Shown here one piece after another: positions 1 through 12,600 of a stretch of DNA of 64,000 nucleotides. This stretch comes from Paragordius varius (lineage: Eukaryota > Animalia > Nematomorpha). Every line of letters begins with the position of its first letter. Within the stretch, counting starts at the first letter, position 1. Both the position numbers and the translations under genes were made by a program. Below the pieces are notes generated by a model. The model did not search any database, was not told where the DNA came from, and saw nothing but the letters and a program-made list of their open reading frames with translations. Where the stretch lies: contig OZ176052.1 of assembly GCA_964247055.1 (NCBI GenBank), positions 11,408,001 through 11,472,000 on the forward strand, read 5' to 3'.

Positions 1-2069
1 ATTTAGATTCGAAAGAAATTATTTTACAGATGAATATTTTTTACATAAAAATTAAGCGTTATATCTACATTGGCTACAAAACCAGCATTTATAAAACATA
101 AAAACTTTAACTATCTATTTATAATTAAAATTTATATATATATATATATATATATGCATACCGATGTAGCTAAAACCAACATAACCAGGAAACATAAAAT
201 GTAAAAATTGATTTTATCCTGATGAGTTGCCAGGCCAAGTGTAATACTTTTAAGTATGAGTGCATGTTGACAAGCTAATGTCCATATAGAGTACACCCCA
301 AAAACTAAAATATATAACACGTTAATAAAAGTTGATACTTCAAAATAAATTTTATTTAAAATTAGACTATACTGTATATGACAGGCAATGCAAAAGCTGT
401 CATAAACCATAAAAGGCATTCATGATTGGGACCTGTGCGTTTCAAAAGACCCAAAAAAACGTGAAGCAGTACTATTTATAAGCAATATATAAAATTTTTA
501 AAAAATGTAATCATTTACTGATTAATATTCACTAATCTTAAAAATACATTAAATAAACAATTTGGAGTAGAACCAATAACCCTACTGTTAAACATTTGTG
601 TGATTTAACCCAAACAAATTCACACAATCATCAAAAAAGTCAACAAAGTTTACCAAAAACTAAGCAAGGTATTATTAACAAAGCCCATTTATTATGCAAT
701 AAGTCGACGGTCAGCCATTTGAGTTGGATCAAAAAGTTTGGAGTTTTTGGAGTTGGGTTAAAAACTTCATTCATAATAGGATTATTATTAATATTATTAT
801 CCATATCAATATTATCGACATATCTATTATGTAATTCATTTTCCATAGAATTAACGTGTAATTGGGTTACCCTGGTAAAATTGTTAACGTATGGAATGCA
901 GTATCGCCCATATGCTATGCTAAATTTAACATATTTTATATGTGATATTTATAAAAATATAAAATACCATAAACAAAAATTTGACAAATAGATATAGGCA
1001 AAATTAGTTTATTTGCATAAAAAAAAGTCTTTTCTTTAATTATGTTAGATTGAAAATTTTATTAAAGAACAGAGTATATTTAATATATTATATATAAAAA
1101 CTAAGCCAATTTGAAAGTTTTATCTAGGCTCTGTTGCAACAAATAAATATCCGAAAATATAAAATTATTTTTTTATATAAAACATGAAATTGGGATTTCA
1201 GAAATTATCTATTATTATAACGCTATAATTTAAAATTTATTTTATTTGTTTGTATTGAACAAAAAAGTCTGTTCCATCTTAACCTTTCAAAATTTTAGTT
1301 TACCATAAAGTCTTTGGATTTACATACGAATTCAGTGAAAATAAATTTGTTTCAAAATTATTAAAAAAATTTGATGAATAAATTCCCGTAAATCATTATA
1401 AAATAAATTTTCTTGTTTTAACATATTAATAAAATTAAAACATACGTGGCAAACACGGGTAGGCTAGGACAAGGGCCAACACTTGTGAAAAAATATTTTT
1501 GTTCTGAACTTTTGTAAAATGGGATGGTATAATCAAAATTCATTTTCAGGATATAATTGTTTTCCTAATATACATTGTTCCAAAAAATCAAATTTATAGA
1601 AAGTGCAGCCATTAATTAAATAAAAAATACAAGGGTTTTGGTAAAAAATGTAGTTCATACCATCACAATAGGATCACATAATTGTGAATGCTTTATTTTT
1701 ATCCATTTAAATATTTCTGTGGCAGAATTGAGATTGATATTCGGGCATTGTTGAACGCAAATGGTTCGACTATAAAAAGGCAAAAACCCCATTGTGAATA
1801 AATATCTGCGTAAAATTGAAATATCATATACCTTTTGTCAAGAGCTGATTTCGCATCATATATAATACTTTGTTTTTTGGAACCGCATATAACGCCTAAA
1901 CTATCCACCGGGTTTATAATGCGCTCCTTGGTACCGGTTAAGAAACTATGAATACATATGTAAAACTATTTATTAATATGTATAAAACTAATGCGCTAAG
2001 AAATATCAAAAACACCACAAAAGCTGGAATGTCTGTCCAAGATGAGTTTTTAAATTTCTTTTTTACCAT
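1..2069 (-). CDS. SLC44A1: Choline transporter-like protein (SLC44A/CTL1 family), multi-exon; 3' part runs off the left edge
   Basis: The spliced translation from ATG 2069 reads MVKKKFKNSSWTDIPAFVVFLIFLSAL|FYICIHSFLTGTKERIINPVDSLGVICG...RTICVQQCP...GPCPSLPVFAT|IAYGRYCIP, followed by transmembrane segments (ORFs 640-846 and 132-419). This matches the CTL family pattern (RSCTD-TM1, DSxGNxCG, CVxxCP, CPxLPV, RCIP). All introns traced are GT-AG, including 1966-1988 (23 nt) and 1806-1831 (26 nt). The paralogue assignment is tentative. Confidence 0.85.
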
Positions 2070-2149
2070 ATTTCATGTTCACAATCCAACCAGTTTTGAA
2101 GTAACCTCAAATCCTTATCATATTGTTTCCGATGCACCGATAATTACAT
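2070..2149. promoter_or_regulatory. Inferred bidirectional promoter between SLC44A1-like and MED8 (80 bp between start codons)
   Basis: Divergent ATGs at 2069 (-) and 2150 (+). Promoter function is inferred from the geometry only. Confidence 0.6.
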
Positions 2150-3664
2150 ATGAGTAATAAACAAGTAAAAGCTTAAATTTAAATTTCTAGAAATTAGAAA
2201 AACAATTGGAATTAACATTAGATAATTTGATTGTAAAGGTTGAAGATATACGTACCGCTCTTATTAATTGTCTGTACAAATTGGAAAATGATTTTGACAA
2301 TAGGTAATATGTTGTAAAAAATATCAGTTCGTCTATCCATGATTCATTTGCTCTTCTAACAAGTCATTACCATTCTTTGAATCGTTATTTAAAGAATATG
2401 AAGGCACCTAATCTGAAAAATTTTGCGTTTTTACCGATATTATTGGAGCAAGAGCCAAATTTATTATTGGAGGTAAATTTTTTAAACAGCTTGTAAAATT
2501 TTAGTTTTAAATTTATAATTTTCATTAATTTACCATATGAGGTACAAAATTGATTTTACCAATTCTGTTTATTTGGTATTATTAAATAAAAAACAAACTG
2601 TTTTCAAAAACACAAAAAATAAATAAGGTTAAAAAATATAACTGAAACCATTTGTCTAATGTTTTGGCTATTTTCTCTTTTTTTATAAAAACGGTTCTTG
2701 AAATGGTTCTAGAACCGAAATGAAATTTTTTAAATATAGGTTTTTTTTGTTCAAGACGGTTTTAATTTTGATAATATTTTATTGAATTTAGGGATTGCAT
2801 ATTATAATACAATGTGTATAAAATGTGCCAAAAGCATATGACTAAAAAATATGTGGCTTTGTTTAAACATTTAAAAAAAATAAAAATGATATTTAACCTG
2901 TATCAATAATCTTAAAAAATAATAAAATTATTGGACCGTAAAACCGTAATTCCATTTTTAAATATGGTTTAAAAAATCCCGGGTCCTGTTTTTGCAGACA
3001 ACATAAAATCAAATATTTTTACCATTTATAAAATAATAGCAAATATTTTGAATTATATTATATATGTTCAAATTTAAGCAACTTACAGAAGGTCGCGTCA
3101 AAATCTTTAATCACGAAATTGTTCCAAATTACTTACGAACCAAATTAGACCCCGAAATCGAAAATAAAGATGTTAACTTACAATATCGTGCCAGCCAGAT
3201 TGCGCCAGAAACTTTGCAAAAACAATCAAACACTCTTAACAAAATATCTACGTCTGCGTTAAATCATTTGGCCAACTCGAAGGAAGCTATCCTGGCTGAA
3301 AACACAAATATAAGTATATTACCTGCGTTAATTTGATAAAAAACATTTTTCTTATTTTAATGAAACTATTTATTATTCAAAATGAATGGAAAGTAGTTTT
3401 AATTGACTGGTAAAATCATTTAATTAACTGAAAAAAATATTTTAAATTCTAGGAAAAAGTTTTATCCTTAATAACTTCATTTCAAATTGGTTAATTGTTC
3501 AATCATGAAATAATATTTTTCGTTCAATATATTAAATAGATATATGATGTTTTTAAAATGTAGGTTCTCGAGCTCAAACGGCCACAATTATGAATGATTT
3601 GCAGACATTAACAATGGCCGTCAATTTTGGTTATGGATTACAGCGTCCTAGTCCCACCAAATAA
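2150..3664 (+). CDS. MED8: Mediator of RNA polymerase II transcription subunit 8
   Basis: Exons: 2150-2164 (MSNKQ); 2191-2303 (KLEKQLELTLDNLIVKVEDIRTAL..KLEND); 2328-2473 (DSFALLTSHYHSLNRYLK..FLPILL); about 3080-3313 (LTEGRVKIFNHEIVPNYLRTKLDPE); about 3564-3664 (DLQTLTMAVNFGYGL). These are recognisable MED8 motifs (DSFALL, EGRVxxFxHExVPxYLRTK). Confidence 0.92.
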
Positions 3665-4154
3665 ATGGAATATTTTACATTTTTTGTTAAGACAATGTAG
3701 AAATAATCTAGAAATGTGATATTAAATTAGGATGGATTTTATAAAGTACAGAATAAATTTTTTATATTAAAAGTCGTAAAGAAATACGGATTAATGACAT
3801 TCCAAAAAATTTGGGCGCGATAATTGATTTTAAAGCTTGAAAAAAGACCTTTTATAAGTTATTAAAATTACAAATAACTTATGTGAGTTTGAATTTATGA
3901 GACTTTTAATAGTAAATTAATTTTTTTGGACGACCTTTTGTTAACGTTCAATTATTTGTTTTCAACAATACAATTAAAATTTGTTTGGAAATAATCGTTT
4001 TTGACTATTTTATGTCAAATGTTTTATTAATTATTTAATAATATTATCTAAATATTACCTTAGAAATTAAGAGTAAAAAATGGCCCATGGCTTTATTAGA
4101 TGAAATGTAGTGCTTATAAACATATTAAAAATTTTTGGTAAATGACGTTTTTGT

Positions 4155-4306
4155 ATTAACAATTGTTAAATACGTGAAATAATGATAAACCAAAAATAAA
4201 TGGAAAATTCAACTGAAAATTACATTTATATTTTTAATTTGCATTTGTAATTATTTTTTATTTAATTTTCGTTTATCATTATATCACGGATTTAGCAATT
4301 GTTAAT
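4155..4306. mobile_element. Small palindromic MITE-like element (about 47-bp imperfect inverted arms)
   Basis: 4155-4201 (ATTAACAATTGTTAAATACGTGAAATAATGATAAAC..) is the reverse complement of 4260-4306 with about 5 mismatches. Confidence 0.55.
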
Positions 4307-5496
4307 ATTATTATTCAATATCAAATTTGTTGCTTAAGACGAGTTTAGCTTGGAGTTTTAAAAGTATAAACATACTTAAACATACATTAAGAGATTTTCA
4401 AAATAGCATTCTTTAAATATGTTGGGAATAAAAATCTATATTGAATAAGATTCAAAATAAAATGATAGATTGTCATTACTTTTTTACCATGTAAAAATTG
4501 CATTATTAGAAAATTGTTTATGAGGTAAATGAATTGGCTAGTATGTGTACATTGCATATTTCATCGATCCTATTTTAATTTTAAAACCAGACATACTAAA
4601 AATTTTATTCATTCTATGTATTTTTGGATTTCCAAAGCCGGTATCCGCAATATTCTGAGAGTCAAGTCACATGAAATGGATATTTTGTAGTATTTTATTG
4701 TGTTAAACAATATTAGTAATATATATATATATATATTAGCTAGAGTTAAATTTAAATTCATAAGAATTATTTATTTTTCAATTTTAAAATGCAATATAAA
4801 CATAAATTTTACTTAAAATAACAGCTATTTTACATTAATTACCCATTAAAATTATGCAAATATCACAATATTTGATATATATGGAACCAATTTTATTACT
4901 ACATACATAAAAATGACATGTTTTTTCTGAAAAAGATATTGCACATGTCTTTAATTAAAATTTATTTTTTTAGATTTATGGTAATTAAAATCTTTTCTAA
5001 TTTTTTGGAGTTTTATAAAAAAATTTACCACTTATTATATATATATATATGGTTCAAAATTTAATTCTATAAGGTAAAAACTAAAATTATAAAAACAAAC
5101 ACATAAAAAGTAATAGATAAATATTTTGAAGAAACCCAAGTTTTTTTTGATAAAACCCATCTTGGGTTGAGGAAGGAATACAGAAGTGAATTGGGAACAC
5201 AGTGCATTTTGTATTTTTTAATTGTAATCAGATAGGTACAATATGGGTTAATTAATTTTTTTTTTATTAAATTAGATAAGATCATTAACCCTTAAATAAT
5301 CATATATAGGTTTGCATTGCATATAATTATTTTTATGTAAAAATTTAAAGGCAAAATTAAACACTTTAAAATCATTCCGAATTGGAGAAAATTTTTTATT
5401 ATATTTGAATTTTTTGGTAAAATATATAATATTATATTATTGATTTACTGTTATTCTAGAGTTAATAAAAATTTACGCCACGTCATATAATATTTA

Positions 5497-5729
5497 CAGT
5501 TCAAAATCACTCTTGAACAATTCAAATTCACCATTAAACTATTCAAATTCACCCAAAATAAATTGTGTTTTTCTGCGATTAAAATTACCTTTATTTTTTA
5601 ATATTTTAAAATATCAAATTCCGTAAAATTAATATAATGCTGAAAAAAAATAAACTATGTCGTAATTCATATTAAATGATTTATATTAGTCCAAAAACAC
5701 ATAATTTATTTTTAAGTGAATTTGAATTG
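5497..5729. mobile_element. TA-flanked Tc1/mariner-type MITE (family C, copy 1)
   Basis: Ends read TA|CAGTTCAAAATCAC ... GTGAATTTGAATTG|TA, with internal TTCAAATTCAC sub-repeats. A related copy lies at 18570-18815. Confidence 0.55.
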
Positions 5730-6147
5730 TACATGGTATATTTAGCTCTCTGCGATATAAATTCGCCCATTAAAAAATATTTTTAAAAAGTCTAATCTCG
5801 TTGCCTGATATATATATATATATATATATAATATATATGCAATGTTTAAATTATTTAAATATGCCAAAAGTTTTAACCGCCAGAGTTTTTTCCGATCCTG
5901 CCTTAAATTAACGTAGGCCCCGAACGTTTGATTTTTATCAACTTTAATAAAGATAGCCTATTTATACAACATGGTTATCACATAAGGAAATTATAACTAT
6001 GCGCCATTTTTTAAATCATAAAATTGAGCTATTCTCTTTGTGTAAATCTATTACTTAAATTTAACAATAAAATGACAAATTAATTTGTCTGGTGATTGTT
6101 TTATAGTCAAGGTAATTATTTACAATAGAGTTATTATGGCGCATTAG

Positions 6148-6429
6148 GCAATGGTTCCCAAAAGGGGGCAACGCCCCTCAAAGGGGCGCGTAAAATTTGG
6201 AGAATATAATTAAAAAATAGAATTATAAATTGAAGAATTTCAGGTGCAATTGATCATGATTTTTACCGATGTGGAAAAAATATTTCTAAAAATGCAGATA
6301 TAAAGATCTCATTGATTGATATTTTTATAATATTATATTATATTTTACATTTTTATCTTAGATTTGAGGGGGCGCAAGAACGTTTATTTTCAATTTGGTA
6401 GGACATGAACAAAAAGAGGTTGGAACTGC
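6148..6429. mobile_element. Degenerate hAT-type MITE remnant
   Basis: Starts CAATGGTTCCCAAA and ends AAAGAGGTTGGAACTG, resembling CAGTGGTTCCCAAA/GGTTGGGAACCACTG hAT termini. Carries GC-rich GGGGCGC motifs. Confidence 0.35.
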
Positions 6430-7178
6430 AATAGGGTATAACAAAAAAAGTATCGAATACGTCAAAACATCTTAACAAACAACAACAATAAAATTCACGA
6501 CGGCAATGTCTAAATTTTTAAAGTTTTTGATTCCTATTTTATTTTTCTTTGTCTATATAAAATCAATCGAAAAGTGCTTTAAATATCTATCATAGCTTCT
6601 GTCAATAATCGCACAAATAATATTTTTATTATAAATTTTATATTTATATTAAAATGCTTTTTAAAGAATGTATGACTTTCGTTTTCCGCAATTATAATGT
6701 TTAATGACCTCAACGCACAAGTGTCTTATTAAGCAAGAATGTATACACATATTTTTTCAATTCATACATTATTGAAATATATATTATAATAGTATATATA
6801 ATATGGATTTATGATAAATTGACACTTTTGTTATGTAAAAAAATAACATTCAAAAAAAATTTCCACTTTATTTAATGTATCGATAAATTTTTTAACTTTT
6901 TGACGATAAATTGAGAACCGTTGTCTTATTATATAATAACACAGATTGCAGCAAAGTTAAATGACCACAATTCCATTAAACTTTATTTGTGGTTACTTTG
7001 AAAAACAAACTTTATATTATTCGCTGCTTTATAATAAATGATGCTTATTTTTTCGCATTACAAATTTTATAATCCTTCGAATATGCCATCCTTGATCAAA
7101 GAAGTCCTAAAATTAATATTTATTCTTCCAATAGTCCGCCAAATTTGCGCAGGTTAAAACTTTCACTTGTATAGTATA

Positions 7179-8329
7179 CCAGGTGTATTCATAAATTTTT
7201 ACCGGTTTAACTAAGAGAAGACGTCAGCGAAAAGTACGCAGACGAGTTAATTCGATATAGACCTCATTTCGTTTATCTAACATTGAATTAACATACGCAC
7301 ACACAATTTGAATTCTAAAAAAAATAGTGTCTTATTTTCATCATTCAATAATCATGTCAAATTTTGTGCCTAAAAAGAACATTTGCACCACCCATCACCA
7401 GGATAAAGATGCAGTTAAAAGTAATCGCTTGTTAGTAAAAAAACATATTGTTAACACATCCATTAACCGATGACATGGTTTCGAATATTAAAAGTTATGA
7501 ATTTAAGTGAAAGAGTGTGTAGACGCGTAAACCACACAACAAAGACGATGCAAGAGTTATTGGATGAGACCCAAACAAAACTCGTCTGTATTTGGCAGAA
7601 GCATTATTATATTTCAAACAATCAAGATAACTACGAGCAATAAGAGAGATCAATGAACTCGGTTGAGTTCCACATAATTTTAATGAATTGAAAACGAAAA
7701 TCGCAAAGTGACTAGTGAATCCTGTTTCAACGTCATAATTCTTTTTATTTTGTAATATAGAAAGTTTTAATTTTCACCTCAAACCGGTCCATCAATACTA
7801 GTGCCAAATCGCTTTAGTAAGAAAACCATGCTCTGTGCCTGGTGGGACTGTGTCAACTTTTGAGCTCCTGTGCAATTGTTAATACCCACACTTTAGCTAA
7901 TAAATACTTAAATTAAACCGTGAAATAATCGAAAAATAACCGGAATGAGCCAGAAAACGCGACAAAGTTGTTTTGCTACATGACAATGCGCCGCCTCACA
8001 ACGCAAAACCAGGGAAAGGCATTTTAAAATCGTTTCGATATGAAATTATGTTTCCGCTCAATTCTCATGACGTGGCGTCATCTGACTAATATAATTTTGC
8101 ATCAATGTGGCTAACCCTCGTAGAGCAGCACTTTAATAATATCAAAGTTGGATGATGGCTTGAAGAAGGGTTTAGATAAAACAATCACCATTTCCAATAC
8201 AAGCATTTATAAACTATATGAGAGTCGGGGAAAATGTGTGAAAGCCGATGGACAATATTTTAACAAATAAATAAGATTGAAATTACATTTTTTACGAATA
8301 AACCGGTAATAACTAATAAATACACCTGG
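7179..8329 (+). mobile_element. Decayed mariner transposon (mauritiana/Mos1-like) with intact termini and a pseudogenised transposase
   Basis: TA|CCAGGTGTATT...ACCGGTTT at the left end and AAACCGGT...ATACACCTGG|TA at the right end. Transposase remnants: MSNFVPKK at 7354, QELLDETQ, KKTMLCAWWD, KVVLLHDNAPPH, DVASSD*. Many frameshifts and stops. Confidence 0.92.
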
Positions 8330-9674
8330 TATATACAATTTAATTAATATGACCTAGTAGCTATTATTATATTTAATTTTATCCTGAAACTTTATGTGTT
8401 TTTGAAAATAGGTTTATGTTACAAAATAATCGCTTTAAAGTAATGGCCATATCAAATATTTTGACAGCTATTTGTCAAAATGTAAAATAGGTTAAGTTTT
8501 GACAAACTAGTCGTCATTCTCTGTGTACTATGTGTTAATAACAATTTGTTAAAGGATACAAAAAGACACTATGCTTTTCAAACAATTAAGCAAAAATAAA
8601 ACGCTAAATAGCTATTACTATCATAATAGGATAGCTTTAAAATGAGTCACAAATAATTTACTTTATAAAATTTGAAACCAATAGGTTGATATCCCTCGCC
8701 TTATATCAGTGATACTCAAACCAGGGCATTAAAGGTGATTTTTTGTAGCATTTTAAATTCTCAATTGCTTATTCGGATGTTTATATCTGCAAATGTATCA
8801 TGCAGCTATATCGGGATTATGCTTGAGACAAAAAAAATATTATGTTTGGCCCTTTAACATTTGTTAATGGGTCGTTAAATAGTCAATGCGAATTATTGTA
8901 AAAAATTATATCAAAACATTATCGTTGGAAGTGAAGAAACCACCTGTCAAAGTTTTGAAATCAAATACAATTTTATTTATTTGAAATGAAATAAATTTGT
9001 TTAATGCATTGATGTAAAATTAAAATTATCTTTGTCCAAGCGATATATTTCGATTCAGAAGTTAAAATAATTAATTTAATATTTATTTTTCAAAAAATAT
9101 TAGCGTGTATGCCATAGTAATATAAAATATTTTATCCGTATTTTGATGTTATACTGAGGGCCTTTAAAAAATTTCTGATTAGGGTTATATTTTGACAGAA
9201 TCATTACTACAAATGTATAGTTTAAAATACAAAATGAAGTTAACCGTTTAAATTGGTTTCAATACTGTCAAAATATATTATTAAAGATCACAAAATAAAA
9301 TTTGATAAAATTTTAATATGTCACATTTTTATATAAAATTTAACTCTTATGCCATTAATTTATAGTAATATTATTACGTGATATACAAAGTTTGAAAGTA
9401 ATTGTTTTTTTTGCATTCATGCGATTGAATTCTAATCATTAGAGTACATTTAAGATACACATTAAATAGGAATCAATTAAATTATGAAATTCTAATAATT
9501 TTAATTTTATTAGATATAATACGATATAAATTTTTATGTAGATTGACATGTAAAATATTATATTTTTAAAACTCGGGTTAATACGTTATTTGCGATAATA
9601 TCGCAAGATTTGAATAATCTTGGCGTAATTTCTATTATCGGGCTTATAAATGTTTTAACAGTTAAGAAATACAA

Positions 9675-12600
9675 ATGGCTGATGATCAAATAATACCAAT
9701 ATATATACCTTTTAAAATGTGAAAATTGTGGAATCTAATATAAAAAAATTCATTTTTTACTTATGTTTATGGTTATCTTAAAATAATTAATAAAATATAT
9801 ATTATCAGGAGCTAACACAGCATTTGAAAGTCATTTGCTTACATTGACAAAACTTACCATTTTAACCAACAAACAATTGAATCGATTAAATGTTGAAACT
9901 AAACAAGTAACTACGCCTATGGAAGTGGCTTATAGATTACGCATTTTCCCTAATCCAAACATAGTACGAAAAAATGATACAATCGAGCTAATGGATAGCC
10001 TCATTTTTTTGAGAAAAGAAAGCCCCGAAGAAAGTTTAATAGATACAAATAATTTGATGATATGGGAGTTTGACGGTATTCAGCAAATAAATTATCCATA
10101 TGTCGATCTAGATACTGTTAAACATGCTCCTAAATCCACACCGTACAAAGAAAATTGCATATACAATGGGTTTCTGCTAACAAAAAATGGAAAAAATTAC
10201 ACGCTTACTGGTAACAAATGTTCCAACCGAGAATTAAATATGGTAAGGTAGTTTTATATTTTAATAGTTAAACCTAGTAAAGGTAGGAAACGGTTTGTAA
10301 TTTATTTTATTATATCTAATCGGTTCTCCTATAATAACATCAAGATAGAGCGCCTTTTTTAATAACCTGAATCTGATATAATCACCCTCGGTACATCAGT
10401 GTTTGCAATATTTATTATGTTTAAATCAAATTTTAACGTTACAATCTAAGAGAGTATGAAATGTAAAAGGTTTTTATTCGTCAAACGATATTTATATATT
10501 AGTCGGATACTTTTAGAAGTAAAACCTTTTTTTTCTCTAATAAAACATTTATTTTTAAAAAATCTCCATCTGATAACTCATGGGTCCTAAAATATTTTTT
10601 TAAATGATGGATATAGAAAGTAAATTATATTTAAATTAGCATCCATTTTTGATGAAACTGTTACTTATAATTTTAATAAATTAAATTATAAATATTTTTT
10701 TGGTATCTGTCAAATAGAAGCTATCTTAGGTTTAAAAACATCGATAATTTAAATATAAAATCATTTTAACAGTAGACGACATCGTATTTTCTTCGAATAA
10801 ATCATTTAGTATTAAATTGATAAATAATTAAGTTTTTTGGTGATATATGAGTGTTGTGCATTTTAAAAATTAGATAATTTTTTTGAATCATGGCGGGAGA
10901 TTTTGGACCATTGAACCGATAAATAATGACAAAGTGTATGAGCCAAACGGTGATAAAGACAACAATATGGCAACGAAAATGATTTATGTTATGTATGCGT
11001 TGGATAAAAATCAATATTACCATTCAAACAAACCATCGACCCGGAAACTGATTAAAATTTTGAAACCTAAAAGGTTTATATTTTCAATGCCATAACTGTT
11101 GGTTCGAATTAAATTAATATTTGGTAAATTATTTTTTAAAAATGCTTTGAATATTACAATTTTTAGTATTTAATAAGTATTTAGTTTCATACTTCCATAT
11201 ACACCATTTGCACTTCAAGAGTGTTTGAATACTCTAAGTTGGTCAACACTTCAGTTGGTCCTCTAGCTTTTTAAGTTTGGATTTAAGCATAAATTTTGCA
11301 TGTGTTCATTTATTATTTTTAATCTTGATTTATTTATTTATTTATTTATTTATTCATATAAAATTAATATTTTTCATTCAATAACCACTTTTTTGTTTTG
11401 AACTAACTTTTTCTAATTCAACAATATTATTTAATATAATTTTTTCAACAAAAATTGTAATTAATAACCCAGAAAACTTATTTTTTTTACATGCTAAAAT
11501 ATGATAAAAATTGAAATATATTTGAGAACTAATAAAAAAATAATGGTTTCTGAATGAATAAGAATTGAATTGATTTGAAAGTTTAGTTAAATCAAGATAA
11601 TAGGTTTAAAATAATGTACAAGTTTGATTTAAAAATTAAAAAAAGTTGAAGGACAAGTTGAAGTGTTTAAGGAACGACTTAAAGTGCAAATTTTATAGAT
11701 ATTTAAATAAAGTAAGGTTTAAAAAGATACGACGCAGCATAAAAATAGTAAAAATGAAATTATATAGACAAAACGTAAAAATCATAATGGCAGACCAAAG
11801 TACTTTTCATTTTTTAAAAGTATAAAAGATGCAGAGAAACATTATTTAAATAATTTATATAAAAAAAAAAATTTAAAAAACAATATTTTTCTCTATGTTT
11901 TTACATTTTGTCGGTATAATTTCAATATTTATTGTAAAAGTCAACCATTTTTTTTAACCTTTATTTTTTTTTATTAAATACCAATTAATTAAATAAGAGA
12001 TTGTGAAATTGTTTAACGGGACCACGCAAAGGCTCTATATTAAAAAACTTTAATAAAGCACGTACTGCCCCCTCGCAACGCCCCCTGTGCGGGTTATATA
12101 AATTGGTGTAATAATAGGTCCCAATCCCAAAACATGGAAACATTCATCGACGAAACACCGAATGAACCAATAGATTATAATGCATACCTGCAATATCTCA
12201 CCAAAAAATATGCCTTAGCTCCAAGTAGTTTGAGGGTTTTGTCTGCTAATATCCCTCACTTGATGGACAACATCAAAAATTTGAGTGGAAAAATATATGA
12301 TCCATCAAGCAATATGACTTCAGACGAAAGACATTTATTTCACATGTCTTTTGATTCGCTACATGAAGATTTAGCAAAATTCCCAATCAAAGTTAAAGAG
12401 GTTAGAGGTGTTTTAATTGCATTAAATTATTTTTTGTATATGCAACAGAAATATTTTTAAAAAAAATATTTTTTTTTTTTTATTTTTTAATAGATAATGC
12501 CGATGGAGATTGAAAATATTAGCAATGATTTCCCGAAATGTGGTGTAAACGTAGGTAAGAAATTTTACACTCAATATAAATCTCAAGAAAATATTGGTTA

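Noticed and set aside
1948-2157. ORF-track entries antisense to or overlapping real exons (e.g. 596-991, 1948-2157, 21680-21868, 33783-34031, 36086-36403, 42031-42234, 47859-48092, 60880-61071)
   Set aside because: They are shadow frames of the conserved genes on the opposite strand or in another frame.
6506-6592. Signal-peptide-like ORF MSKFLKFLIPILFFFVYIKSIE as first exon of the ADAMTS-like gene
   Set aside because: Its splice phase does not match the available acceptors near 9660-9810, and no downstream exon could be joined consistently.
11096-11112. GGTTCGAA as a tRNA T-loop (also at about 1764 and 60044)
   Set aside because: There is no cloverleaf stem or A box nearby, and one instance is in coding sequence.
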